This document shows, one piece after another, positions 50,151 to 62,210 of a stretch of 64,000 nt of DNA; the first letter of the stretch is position 1, and every line of letters begins with the position of its first letter. The DNA lies in assembly GCF_006345805.1 (NCBI RefSeq), contig NC_043001.1:125922001-125986000 (forward strand), read 5' to 3'. The notes beneath the pieces are model-generated. The model made no database searches, was not told the origin of the DNA, and saw only the letters and a list, made by a program, of their open reading frames with translations. This stretch comes from Octopus sinensis (Eukaryota). The position numbers were made by a program, and so were the translations under genes.

Positions 50151-50593
50151 CAAGAGTGCTGTAAAAAGAGCACATTAGGCAACCTAATCCAGGATGGTCA
50201 AAGTATTTGGTGACTTGTAAATGCCGTAAGTCACAATACATGCATGAAACCAAGTGTCATCTGACTTCAAACTGGTAAAACAGCATTTTAATTCACCAGA
50301 CAGCTCTTTGAACCACTTGTCTGGTGTAGTGACCTTACATTATAGTTTGACTTTCACTCACAGACTTACTTCATTTTCACTCTAGACACTTCCTCATCTG
50401 CAGTATTAAATAAACACTTCTCATTCTCCTAGTTTACATAGACCTCTTAACCTTTCCAATATACCCTTCACCTCACCCCCACCCCACCCCGCCGCCCACT
50501 CTGCTACCAGTCATGTAGCAATCAACGCACTACTTTCCCCTCTCCATTCCACACTCAATTATACATTTGCATGTGTGAGTGTGTGTGTGTGTG

Positions 50594-50638
<45 letters not shown>

Positions 50639-51104
50639 TAGGCTTCTTTCAGTGTGTGTGTGTGTGTGTGTGTGTGAGGGTATATATTTTCTTTCTATTA
50701 CAAAAATGTTTTCCATCTTCCTTAGTGGTCTCTGCTTCTCATCTTAACTCCCTCCCTACCATATTTTGCAAATTTGCCAGTGTTCTTGTCGATTATCTCC
50801 ATGCTTGGGCTGGTATCCTCCCACAAACATCTGTTTCTCCTTGTTGCCTCCACCCCCCACCTATTCTTCACTGTTATCTTTTCATTATCCCTTTCCCCTC
50901 TGACATCCAGTCTATTTACTCAGTACCATCAACAAACATTTCATCTTCCTTCAACAAGGATTCTATCTAATCCAAAGCACTCAGATTTCTCTTCCCCATA
51001 ACAAAATATTTTATTCTACTTTGTGACATTTTTGTCACTATTTACTGATGCAAAGAAAGCATCACTAGATTCCAAAGATTTTATTGCTTCCCTAATTATA
51101 TACA

Positions 51105-51660
51105 TATATAGGGATCATTGTGGTAAGGAGTTTGCTTCAGACCCAATGCGCAGCACCTCGGGTAAGTGTCTTCTACAATGGCCTCAAGCTGACCAAAGCC
51201 TTGTGAGTGGATTTGACGGACAAAAACTGAAAGAAGCCCAAAAAGCACCCATTACACTCTCGGAGTGGTTGGCATTAGGAAGGACATCCAGCTGTAGAAA
51301 CTCTGCCAGATCAGATTGGAGCCTGCTGCAGCCATCTGGTTTGCCAGTCCTCAGTCAAATCGTCCAACCCATGCTAGCATGGAAAGCAGATGTTAAATGA
51401 TGATGATGATGATGATGATATATATATAAATATTTCATGTGTGTGTGCTTGTCTCCCATCCACCGCTTGACAACTGGTGTTGGTGTGTTTAAATCACCAT
51501 AACTTAGCAGTTCAGTAAATGAGGTAGATAAAATAAGTGCCAGGATTACGCAAAAAATTCTGGGAGTCGATTAATTTGGCTAAAACAATTCTTCGAGGCA
51601 GTGCCCCAGCATGGCAACAGTTTAATAACTGAAACAAGAACAAGAATTAAAGAATATATA
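51105..51660 (+). mobile_element. Old SINE A with a D tail (51240-51419) at its centre
   Basis: 5' module, D fragment, 3' module. Confidence 0.7.
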
Positions 51661-52404
51661 TTCTTTTATATGTTTCAGCCCTAAGGCTGTGGCCATGCTG
51701 GAGCACTGCCAATAAAATAATGTGACCTCACCAGGATATAAATATATATATTTATATCAGAAATATTAAATTTCTAAATACCTCATAGAGATATGTGCGG
51801 TGGTGGAGACATACATATATTCTTAGATGCTTAACATATGGTTATCACTGTTGGTCTGAAACTACTAAAGCATATGACAAGATGAAAAGACCACATCAAT
51901 AATAAAAACAACCAAAATTTATACCAGAGATTTTTTATAAGTGTTTAGCTAGGGTTCTGGACATGCTAGCTTAACTAAAGTGTTAAGGACAAAGTCCACT
52001 AAAACCAAAACTAGGCACAAATCATCAAAAGATACAATAACCATTTGTAAATATCTGTGGAAGGAATCTGCAGAAAAAACTTCAAAGGAAGTCATAGGAA
52101 AAAGAGATGAAGGCCAATCTCAGGATGTTGAACATCACAGGGAACAAAGACAAAACATAGCAACAAGTAGCAAAACATTGTGCTAAAGACATGTTCAACC
52201 AATGCAAATATGGGAAATACGGATCTAAAATTATGCTATCTTCATCATGATAGTGCTTAGAACTAGTTTCTGCAGAGCTAAATAGATCAGGGACAAATCT
52301 TTCATTGAAATAGCATGGTAGCTTATGGGATAACTTTCTCTGAAGATTCTGACACCTGTTTCCTTAAGTCAACTGAGGTCAGTAGACTTGATTATGATGC
52401 ACAT

Positions 52405-52622
52405 AAGCTGGCAGAAACGTTTGCACGCAAGGCAAAATGCTTAGTGGTATTCCGTCTGTCCTTACGTTCTGAGTTCAAATTCTGCCGAGGTCGACTTTGC
52501 CTTTCATCCTTTCGGGGTCGATAAATTAAGTACCAGTTGCATACTGGAGTTGATCTAATCAACTTAATCCCTTTGTTTGTTCCCTCTGTGTTTAACTCCC
52601 TGCGGGCAATAAAGACATAAGT
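52405..52622 (+). mobile_element. SINE B
   Basis: Diagnostic motifs. Confidence 0.8.
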
Positions 52623-52891
52623 ATTTGTTCATTCTGACACCTGTTTCAGTCATAGGATTGCAACCATACCAGGGCACCATCTTCAAGAGTTTTGATTGAT
52701 CATATCAACTCTGGTACTTATTTCTATCTGCTACTTATTTTTCATTCTTTATTTGTCAGACTACTAAGTTACAAAACACAAAGAGATGCAACATAAAAAG
52801 CAATACTTGTTTTCAGACTGGTGTTAATGTAAACACAGATATGGACAAATAAACACACATCTCTTTCTCTTTCTACATACATATACGCACG

Positions 52892-52922
<31 letters not shown>

Positions 52923-53813
52923 CACCTCCATATTCACAACTGGTCTCTGTCTAACAAACTTCCCACTTGATATTGCAGAAGAATAAGGGATAAAACTTGA
53001 ACAGGGTACTGTGCTGTGTATTTAAACCTAAGTTGCATAGCAAACACCTTAACTTTTTCTTTTAATTAATACAATTGATAGTAAAATTGAATGATAAATC
53101 AATGCTTTAAAAACAAAACATTATGGTAGTTAAGTTAGTGCTAAAATATGTAGCAAACAGCAAGACACATCAAGCTAAGTGAAATTGTAGTCATGGCCAG
53201 TGACACAAAAGATACCTGGTACATTCTGTGGAGTGGTTGGCATTAGGAAGGGCATCCAGCCATAGAAACTAAGCCAAAACAGACTAGAGCCTGGTGCAGT
53301 CGAACTTCTAACCCATGCCAATATGGAAAATGGATGCTAAAAGACAATGATATTGATGACGATGAAAAGAAAATGTTAATTTAACCAATTTTTAAAAAAA
53401 CATTTTAATATTTGAGAAACAATCTAGACATATTTCCTTCATATTAGACCTTGGCAAAAACTAAATAAGACAGAAAGATAACCAGAGTTGTCTCCCATAT
53501 TTGCAAAAACGATTAAAAAATATTGGTCATTAAGTTAACATTTTCTATTCCTCACCACATAAATATTTCTAATTACATTTCTGATGTTATTAACATTAAA
53601 TGTGTTAATACTGAGCGAACAATAACTGAATATATTCCAGGTTGTATTCTATTGATCCTCATATACAAAACTGTGACGACAAAAAGGCAAAACTGGTTAT
53701 TGCTTATAACAGTTCGACACTGGACTATTCAGTCTAAGAACCACTAACTTACAACACAGTATCACAACTACCTACATGACTCTAAGCAAGAATATTAGTA
53801 TGTTAAAAGGATG

Positions 53814-53852
<39 letters not shown>

Positions 53853-53880
53853 ATATATTATATATATATATATATCAACA

Positions 53881-54417
53881 AATAACACCAGCAACAATTC
53901 AAATAATAAGCTGAGAACACCTACAAATAGTGATAATAAAACAATATCAACAACCAACACACCAAACAGAACCAATCCCTCCAGCGCTCGATGTACACAA
54001 GCCAACAAAATCAAACAGTTATGCTCATGCAGAGATAGATCCAATTGTCCATTGAATAACCAATGTATGACTAAAAACATGGTATAAAAGTGCACTATAA
54101 ATACTAGGCTCCTACGTATATACCAGGGCATCAAAACTCGATACCGCAACCACATCGCCAGCTTTCGAAATATCCTTAAACAACATGTAACATCGCTGGC
54201 CGATTTTATCTGGAGACTTAAGGAAGCGAAATCAAAATACGACCTTACATGGTCCATACTTAGACACACGAGTCCCTACAAAACTAGATCCCAGAAACGC
54301 CAGTCATAATCCAAGGAGTTACTCTTGATAATGTTAACAAAGGGGTGCATTATAAATAAATTCACTGAACAATTAGCCAGATGCCTACACGCAGTTAAAC
54401 ATACATTTACATATTAC
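53881..54417 (+). pseudogene. PLE Cys-rich linker plus GIY-YIG endonuclease remnant
   Basis: Single frame: Asn/Thr-rich linker, then LCSCRDRSNCPLNNQCMTKNMV*KCTI...IYQGIKTRYRNHIASF...TSLADFIWRLKE...YDLTWSILRHTSPY...IINKFTEQLARCLH. Stops at 54085-87 and 54307-09. Matches the CxC..CPL..xC / RY.NH..SF / L..YIW.LK / W.IL pattern of Neptune PLEs. Confidence 0.85.
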
Positions 54418-55313
54418 AATCTTGACCATACATAATTTGATGTACACCTGGTGCACACAACTCTTAATACACTTGAACTTGAGGACTATATTTGAATAAC
54501 TTGTATTTGACATATGAGCTTGCAATCTAGATCCGTATATGTGTGTGTATGTGTTTATAGGCATATGTGTACATGTATGTGTGCAAATATGTGTTTGTAT
54601 ATGTACATATAGATATATATGTCTACATATTCATCCGTGCACATTTGCATTTTTGCATGTGTATGTATGTATATTAGTGTGAATATGTGTATACGGGCGT
54701 ATGTTTATATGTATATGTATACATATATGTGTGTGTGTATATATATATATGTATGTGTGTGTTTCTGTGTATATATATTTGCTTATGTATATATGCGAGT
54801 GTATTAACACGTGTGAGTGTCAAGTTTTGCACGGACGTGTGTATCTTGCTTTACATACAAATCTATGCACATATTTATCTATGCTATGTACGTATATTCA
54901 TGTGTATATATACGTGTATCTGCACATATGAATTCCTATACATATGTATATATTCGTCTATATGCATGCGTACGCACGTGTATCTAGTTGTATGTATACG
55001 CCCATATACATGGATGTGCCTGTGTGAGCACATATGTATATATGCGTCTGAGCACCAACACGCAAAATCAAAAGTTTTCGTCTAGGTATTATCTTCTTTT
55101 CAACTTCTACTTCCTTTTCTTTCTCTTAACGGTTACAACAGCAAAAGCTGATTAAATCATTTTCTCTAAACTAGAATGTATACTTTCCACATTCATATTT
55201 GAATTTTTTGCGTTTCAATAATTTCTCTCTGATTCTACTCATTCTCAAATTTGATGGACATATAGTGGTACGTAAGTCGACTCAAGAAATCTCTAGTGAA
55301 ACTTTTTATTGAT

Positions 55314-55353
55314 GTACCTGAAGAGACTCAGAACAGGTCAAAACGTGTTGTAC
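55314..55353 (+). ncRNA. Degenerate type-I hammerhead ribozyme in the PLE tail
   Basis: GTAC-CTGAAGA-GACT(cagaaca)GGTC-AAAA-CGTG-T-T-GTAC. Stem I and stem II pair. The GAAA box is mutated to AAAA and the stem III palindrome ACGCGT has decayed to ACGTGT. Confidence 0.65.
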
Positions 55354-55394
55354 CCAATAAAGTCTATTACATATTCCAGCTCCTACTTTATTAA

Positions 55395-55397
<3 letters not shown>

Positions 55398-55454
<57 letters not shown>

Positions 55455-55812
55455 GTATGTATATATATATGTGTGTATATATGTGTATATATATATGTAT
55501 ATATATATATGTATATATATATATGTATATATATATATGTATATTATATATATGTATATATATATGTTATATATATATATGTATATATATATATGTATAT
55601 ATATATATGTGTATATATATATGTATATATATATATGTGGTATATATATGTATATATATATATGTGTATATATATATGTATATATATATGTATATATATA
55701 TGTGTTATATATATATGTATGTATATATATGTATATATATAATATGTATATATATATATTATATATATATGTGTATATATATATGTATATATATATATAT
55801 GTATATATGTAT
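55398..55812. repeat. (TA)n with interspersed TG/TATG
   Basis: Direct inspection. Confidence 0.9.
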
Positions 55813-55814
55813 AA

Positions 55815-56105
55815 GGGGCATAAGCACTTCTATACACACATACACCTACCAAATTCACTGACAAAGTTTTGGTTGGCTCAAGCAGTAGACAGTTGCCCAA
55901 AGTGCAACACAATGGGACTGAACCCAAAGCAACGTGGTTCAGAATCAAATACCTTACATACAGCCATACCTGGAGCTTGCTTCCCAACCACATGGTTCCA
56001 TGTTCAGTCTCACTGCGTGGCACCTTGGGCATGGGTCTTCTATAGCCTCTGTCCGATCAAATCCTTGTGAGTGGATTTGGTAGACGGAAACTGAAAGAAG
56101 CCTTT

Positions 56106-56148
<43 letters not shown>

Positions 56149-56490
56149 ACAAATTTGTGGAGTGGCTGGTGTTAAGAAGGGTATCTTGCCATAAAAACCA
56201 TGCCAAAACAGACACACAAGTCTGGTGCAGGCTCCTACCGGGACAGCTCCTGTCAAACTGTCCACCCCATGCCAGCATGGAAGGAGGATGTTAAATAATG
56301 ATGATGATGATCTGTGTGTGTGTGTCCCCATCACCGCTTGACAAGTGGTATTGTTGTGTTTACGTCCCCATAACTCAGCGGTTCATCAAAAGAGAATAGA
56401 ATAAGTACTAGGCTTAGGAAATAAGTCCCGGGTTCAAGGCAGTGCTCCAGCATGGCTGCAGTTAAATAACAGAAACGAATAAAAGAATAA
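55815..56490. mobile_element. Minus SINE A 5' module abutting a plus SINE A that carries a central D tail (56150-56310)
   Basis: Divergent heads meet at about 55975. Confidence 0.7.
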
Positions 56491-57020
56491 AGAACATAAA
56501 AACTGGTTCTTCTTTAAAGAAAAAAAAAAACAAGGAATGACCATATATTTCAAGAAAATCTTAAGCAATGAAGTGTCTGCAGGGACAAGGCGTACAGCAG
56601 CAAGAAGGTCAGAACGGTCAAGCCTGGTGCTTACCTGCTCCACTATGTTTTCTTTCTTTCATAATAGAGTAGCATAGCCTAGAAGCTTAACCTTTCACAT
56701 TTCCAATATTAATGAATAAACTCAAGTGTTAATATATATGCTTGTACAGAAATGTATAATACACACATACATAAATAGCCACAGCAGTATAAACACTTGT
56801 GCATTGAGAGTATATATTTGCAACTATACTCAGTATATACAAGTATTTATATATGCTATACACGTTGACATACACACACACACACACACACATAGATATA
56901 TGTGCACAAACATTTGCTCACTATAAATAAATCATCTGTGTAGGTTGTTCAGTAATAAATTGCAGAACCCTCATCTGTGTCTACAACAGGAAAATCCACA
57001 ACACACACATATATATATAT

Positions 57021-57193
57021 AGGCGCAGACATGGTTATGTGGTAAGAAGCTTGATTCTCTACAACATGGCTCCAGGTTCAGTCCCACAGCATGGCACCTA
57101 GAATCTTGTGAGTGGATTTGGTAGATGGAAGCTGAAAGAAGCCCATCTTGTGTATACATGTATATACACACACACACACACACACATATATAC

Positions 57194-57228
<35 letters not shown>

Positions 57229-57590
57229 TGTGTGTGTGTGTAAGTATATGTGTCTTTCTGTATGTGTCCCTCACAACTGCCTGGCAACTGGTGTTGGTGT
57301 GTTTGCATCCATGTATTGGCGTTAAGAAGGGCATCCAGCTGTAGAAACACTGCCAGATCAGACTGGGGCCTGGTGCAGCCTTCTGGCTTCCCAGACCCCA
57401 GTTGAACCGTCCAACCCATGCTAGCATGGAAAGCGGACGTTAAACAATGATGATAATGATATAACTTAGCGGTTCAGTGTTGGGACCAATAGAATAACTC
57501 CTGGGGTCGATTTCTTCAACAAAAAAAACCCTTTCAGGTGGTACTCCATCATGGCTGTAGCCAAATGACTGAGACAAGTAAAAGAATATA
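57021..57590 (+). mobile_element. SINE A with a D tail (57315-57460) in its 3' module
   Basis: Diagnostic modules split by a D fragment. Confidence 0.7.
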
Positions 57591-57862
57591 CATACATATA
57601 TAAACCAACTAGCTGAGTTGTTGTACCCTCCCAGTGTTTATTGCTGATGAACCAAAATTGTACAACGTACTTTCAAATGTCCATATTATTATAATGTTCC
57701 AAATTATATCCATTCCCCAGTAAAGCACCCAGAAGAATTTTTTGTTACCTTTAGAAGATATTTTTGGTAATATGAAGAGGAATTGCACCATTCCTTTGTT
57801 GATCAATAACTTGTGATGTCAAAACCTTCTATACACTGTAGCTAATACGCTAAACAAGGAAC

Positions 57863-58125
57863 CAGGGCTGTGGAGTCAAAACAAAAAACTTTGACTTCGA
57901 CTCCTCTACTATTGACACCTCCGACTGACTGACTCCTCTTTATGTGATTAAGTGATTGTGGTCTACTTATCTCATAAAGCATATGCATACGCTTGTACTT
58001 TGAGTAGGCCTATGTGTTATAACTGGTTTATATTAAAGAATAAAGATATTGTGAATTGGAGTTGGTATAGTTTTACTGACTCCGACTCCAGCTACTCCTT
58101 AATCGACTCTGACTCCACAGCCCTG
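57863..58125. mobile_element. hAT MITE with GACTCC subterminal repeats
   Basis: Perfect 15-bp TIR cagggctgtggagtc / gactccacagccctg and perfect 8-bp TSD CAAGGAAC (57855-62, 58126-33). Confidence 0.92.
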
Positions 58126-58146
58126 CAAGGAACTGTCTTTAGTTCA

Positions 58147-58189
58147 ACAGTAGCTGATGAGGTGAACAGTCACTGAAATACCTATTTGT
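58147..58189 (+). ncRNA. Candidate orphan hammerhead relic
   Basis: ACAGTAG-CTGATGA-GGTGA(acag)TCACT-GAAA-tac-CTATTTGT. Stem II has 5 bp and stem I pairs, but there is no proper NUH triplet. Confidence 0.3.
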
Positions 58190-59177
58190 AAATATTCCAT
58201 ATTTCCTTTCAAGTCCAATGTTCCTGCTTGTTTAATTCATGCTGATGTAAAGTCATAGCACATACTGTGTATGCTCGCTGATAAATTGTACTGCCTGGAT
58301 TCATCTGTGTGTGTGTCTGTGTGTGCACTTACAGATAACTCTCCTCTCACAAGCTAACATAAAAGTGTCTATTTTGTGTGTGTGTGTGCATATAAAAGAA
58401 AAAATACTCAATATATGTAGTAAAGTTTGTTCGCTACAAGCTGATGATTCACTTCATAGGAGAGACAAAGAGATGAATTCTTTTTGTTCTTGAGCGAACA
58501 ACACACAAAGGAAACGGAGCATAATGAGAGAGTGAATCATACATATAACTTATTACTTTATCTTGTAGGCTCAGCTGATTGCATTTTTGATCTATGATAG
58601 AAAGGGTACGAAAACACCACAAAGAAGAAAAAAAAGAATAAGTTACTTTGGTTCTGTGAACATTTAGAGTAATGCAGATTTAAAGCAGGCTCTGCATTAC
58701 AAACCTTTCCAACCTATGCCATAATGGAAAAATGAAAGCGAAACTGACGAAAGTGATAATGTAGGTAAAAATGGATGCACGTGTACACACTCTCAGACAT
58801 AAGCATCTGTGTAAACACATATATAACTGTGTGCATATACATGAAGTTTTTAGTTTACGAATATAATAATAAAAGAAAAAGCTCTACTGCATGTACTTGA
58901 TACATATATAGAGTCTATGTCACTAATCCAGGTTCCCCACTGTTTGCATTGCTGAAGAAAGTACAAGATATGGGAAACACAGAGCAGGGGGTAGTGTGTG
59001 TGAGTGTATGAATGAGTGGTAGCACTTCTTTTAAGGCACGTTATGCTGAAACTTGATTGTACATGCATGCATGTAAATGTATGTATGAGTGTGCATGTGT
59101 GTGCATGAGTATATATATATATACACACACATACATACATAGAGAGACAGACAGACATATATATATATATATATATA

Positions 59178-59574
59178 GGCACAGGAGTGGCTGTATGGTA
59201 AGTAGCTTGCTTACCAACCACATGGTTCCAGGTTCAGTCCCACTGTGTGACACCTTGGGCAAGTGTCTTCTACTATAGCCTCAGGCCAACCAAAGCCTTG
59301 TGAGTGGATTTGGTAGATGGAAACTGAAAGAAGCCTGCTGTATATATGTGTGTGTGTCTGTCTGTATTTGTCCCCCCCCCCCCAATATCGCTTGACAATC
59401 GATGCTGGTGTGTTTACGTCCCCTGTAACTTAGCAGTCCGGCAAAAGAGACCAATAGAATAAGTACTAGGCTTGCAAAGAATAAGTCCTGGGGGGTAGGG
59501 TCGATTTGCTTGACTGAAGGCGGTGCCCCAGCATGGCCACAATCAAATGACTGAAACAAGTAGAAGAAAAAAAA

Positions 59575-59577
<3 letters not shown>
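59178..59577 (+). mobile_element. SINE A
   Basis: Full-length. Confidence 0.85.
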
Positions 59578-59611
<34 letters not shown>

Positions 59612-59614
<3 letters not shown>

Positions 59615-59760
59615 GGAATTTACAAAAAAACAAAACAAAAGATGAAAACGGGTGTGTAAACAACAAACAGATGTATTAGTTTAACGCTCGGGAAGTGAGA
59701 AGGTCTTTTACGTTTCGAGCCTACGCTCTTCAACAGAAAGGAACACAGAAATAAGAAAAT
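59612..59760 (-). mobile_element. Related hammerhead mini-element (second subfamily) between TA tracts
   Basis: Minus strand: CTTT-CTGTTGA-A-GAGC(gtag)GCTC-GAAA-CG-T-A-AAAG (59705-59740), then tcccgagcg and a TG-rich run. Ends aattccaac followed by (TA)n. Confidence 0.65.
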
Positions 59761-59777
59761 ATATATACACACACACA

Positions 59778-59991
59778 CAAGGGGGTGATGAAAAGTTCCT
59801 GGCTTTGGTAAAAGAAAATACAGTCGGATCAGTTAATTATGAAGTTATTGAACATATTCCCCTCTCAGATCCACACACTTATTGCAGCAGTCCTTCAGTT
59901 TTTCTAAGCCTTGTAAAAGAACTTGGAAGGCTGGACCGCCAACCAAGCCTTTTGCAATATCCTTAAAGCCAGACACTTTTCTGCACCCTCT
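59778..59991. mobile_element. Tc1/mariner-type MITE, same family as 62211-62425, opposite orientation
   Basis: caagggggtgatgaaaagttcctggcttt ... aaagccagacacttttctgcaccct. Internal sequence is the reverse complement of the other copy. Confidence 0.75.
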
Positions 59992-60093
59992 CCCTCATAC
60001 ACACACACATACACACGTGCATGCACCAGATGGGAAAAAATTTTATTTCACACAGACTTTAGCACACATGCTCTAACAGTCATATTTTCAACA

Positions 60094-60248
60094 TGGCTGT
60101 GTGGTAAGTAGCTTGCTAACCAACCACATGGTTCCGGGTTCAGTCCCACTGCGTGGCATCTTGGGCAAGTGTCTTCTGCTATAGCCCTGGGCCGACCAAT
60201 GCCTTGTGAGTGGATTTGGTAGATGGAAACTGAAAGAAGCCTGTCGTA

Positions 60249-60295
<47 letters not shown>

Positions 60296-60512
60296 TTGTG
60301 TGTCTGTGTTTGTCCCCCTAGCATTGCTTGACAACCGATGCTGGTGTGTTTACATCCCCGTAACTTAGCGGTTCGGCAAAAGAGACCGATAGAATAAGTC
60401 CTGGGCTTACAAAGAATAAGTCCCGGGGTCTATTTGCTTGACTAAAGGCGGTGCTCCAGCATGGCCGCAGTCAAATGACTGAAACAAGTAAAAGAGTAAA
60501 GAGTAAAGAGTA
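60094..60512 (+). mobile_element. SINE A
   Basis: Near full-length. Confidence 0.88.
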
Positions 60513-61001
60513 TATCCCTCAATCCATCCATCCATCCATCTATCCCTTCATCCACACAAACACAATATGCGTAACTTGTACATGATCGTTGTTTCATCTA
60601 TTCATACAAACTCAAAACTGGTTCAGACCAAAAGACTGAAGACCAGTGTAATTTAAAATTTGTAAAAATACACCCAATAGAAAAATATACTTCATTACAC
60701 ATTCTCATGTACGGCTTTTAAATTCAGCTATGGGTAATGCTCTCCCATTCTTAAACTAACATGAATTAACCTAAAAAAAGAAAAAAAAAAAAGAAAATAA
60801 ACAGATTACATGTGTGTAGGTGCACACAAACATGTGAATGTGTGTGAGTCAGTCTGTATGCATGTACAAAGACATACTACACAGAGACAGTATTTTTTGT
60901 TTCACTGTTTCAGTAGTTGTGCTTATAGACATTGTGTGAATGCGTATGTGTGACTGTATGAGTGTGTAAATGCATACGTGTGTATGTGTGTGTGTGATAG
61001 T

Positions 61002-61036
<35 letters not shown>

Positions 61037-61223
61037 AACTACCTACAGGAGTTACTGACTGAAGCAATTTGTGTGAGGAATTAGCAATATTGATTAATTA
61101 ATTACATTTGCTGTTGTTGGTTCACTGAAGATAAATATAACTTGATAAGAGAGTTTATTGTATAGCATATCTGGAGACATCAACAACACCTACGCACACA
61201 CGTGTTGTCGACGCCTGAATATT

Positions 61224-61291
<68 letters not shown>

Positions 61292-61608
61292 ATATATATA
61301 TATATATATATACATATATTGTAATGGTGATATTAATCAGTTGCCACTTCATTCAGAAATTCAGGGGTGTTGCTAATCAAGTACCTGATTACTAATAGTT
61401 AACGACATAGTATGTAATATCACACCAGATTAACTGGGGCTTTTTCACCGCTTGCAGCTTATTCAACCAGGCTGGCTAAATAGGCCGAAAGAGATGAAAC
61501 TTGAAGTCCTACTACAAGTATTGAGTCCTCTGATTAGTTTGCTGTGGTTTATAACTTTATAATATGATTTAACAATCCAAACATTAATACATGTATATAT
61601 ACACACTG

Positions 61609-61940
61609 ATTCCATGGACAGCGAGGCTCACCAATGGAGAAGTTCTTAAGCAGATCAGGCCGAAAATGTCGCTAGAAGCTAGGGTCACCAAGCATAGATT
61701 GGCATATTTCGGTCATATTATGCGGAGAAAATCCCTGGAGAAGGACATCATGCTCGGAATGGTCAGTGGCAAGAGGGGAAGAGGCCGACCAAGAACCCAC
61801 TGGCTTGACACCATCAAGAGTGATACCGGAATGGACATAGCCAATCTGAAAGAAGCGGCCCAGGATAGAACTGATTGGAGGACACTGATCCAACAAGTAA
61901 CCGTGAGTCGACCTTGACTGAGCGGATAGATAGATAGATA
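61609..61940 (+). mobile_element. 3' end of an RTE/BovB-clade LINE with a (GATA)n tail
   Basis: IPWTARLTNGEVL...LAYFGHIMRRKSLEKDIMLGMVSGKRGRGRPRTHWLD...AQDRTDWR; open to its stop at 61915-17, then (GATA)n. Confidence 0.92.
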
Positions 61941-62019
61941 TATACACACATATACATAAAAGCATGAAACTATTAGTAGCTTTCTCGGAATCTGATGCCA
62001 GTGCCCTCTGACTGGCTCC

Positions 62020-62207
62020 TGTGGTGGTGGCACGTAAAAAGCACAGTCCACCCTGTAAGCTGATTGGTGTTAGGAAGAGCATCCAACCGTTGAAAACCCT
62101 GCCAAAACAGACTGTGAAGTCTGGTGCAGTCTTCTTCCAAGTCAGTCTCTGTCAAACCATCCAACCCATACCAGCATGAAAAACAAACATTAAATGATGA
62201 TGATGAT
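62020..62207 (+). mobile_element. Family D fragment
   Basis: ggtggcacgtaaaaagcac...ggtgttaggaagagcatcc...(gat)n. Confidence 0.75.
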
Positions 62208-62210
62208 ATA

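Larger units (their letters stand above)
45685..50240 (+). repeat. Remnant tandem array of family E (~190-bp unit) broken up by nested insertions
   Basis: gcatggcc(t)gctagaaataacagccaaatct...ctacatc at 45685, 46490 and 46940; gat(g)gtcaaagtatttggtga at 46027, 46885 and 50192. Dispersed pieces also at about 490 (minus), 39843 and 43575. Confidence 0.65.
53876..55397 (+). mobile_element. 5'-truncated Penelope-like retroelement (Neptune-type), flanked by (TA)n on both sides
   Basis: Contains a degenerate GIY-YIG ORF (53881-54417), a TG/TA-rich 3' region, a hammerhead relic (55314-55353) and AATAAA (55356-55361). It begins and ends in (TA)n tracts. Confidence 0.8.

Noticed and set aside
56625-56660. 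Strong minus-strand donor CAG|GTAAGC
   Set aside because: No upstream acceptor or tetraspanin-like frame, and such 9-mers occur by chance in 64 kb.
58669-58700. 10-bp perfect hairpin gtaatgcaga / tctgcattac
   Set aside because: Too short for a pre-miRNA and expected occasionally by chance.
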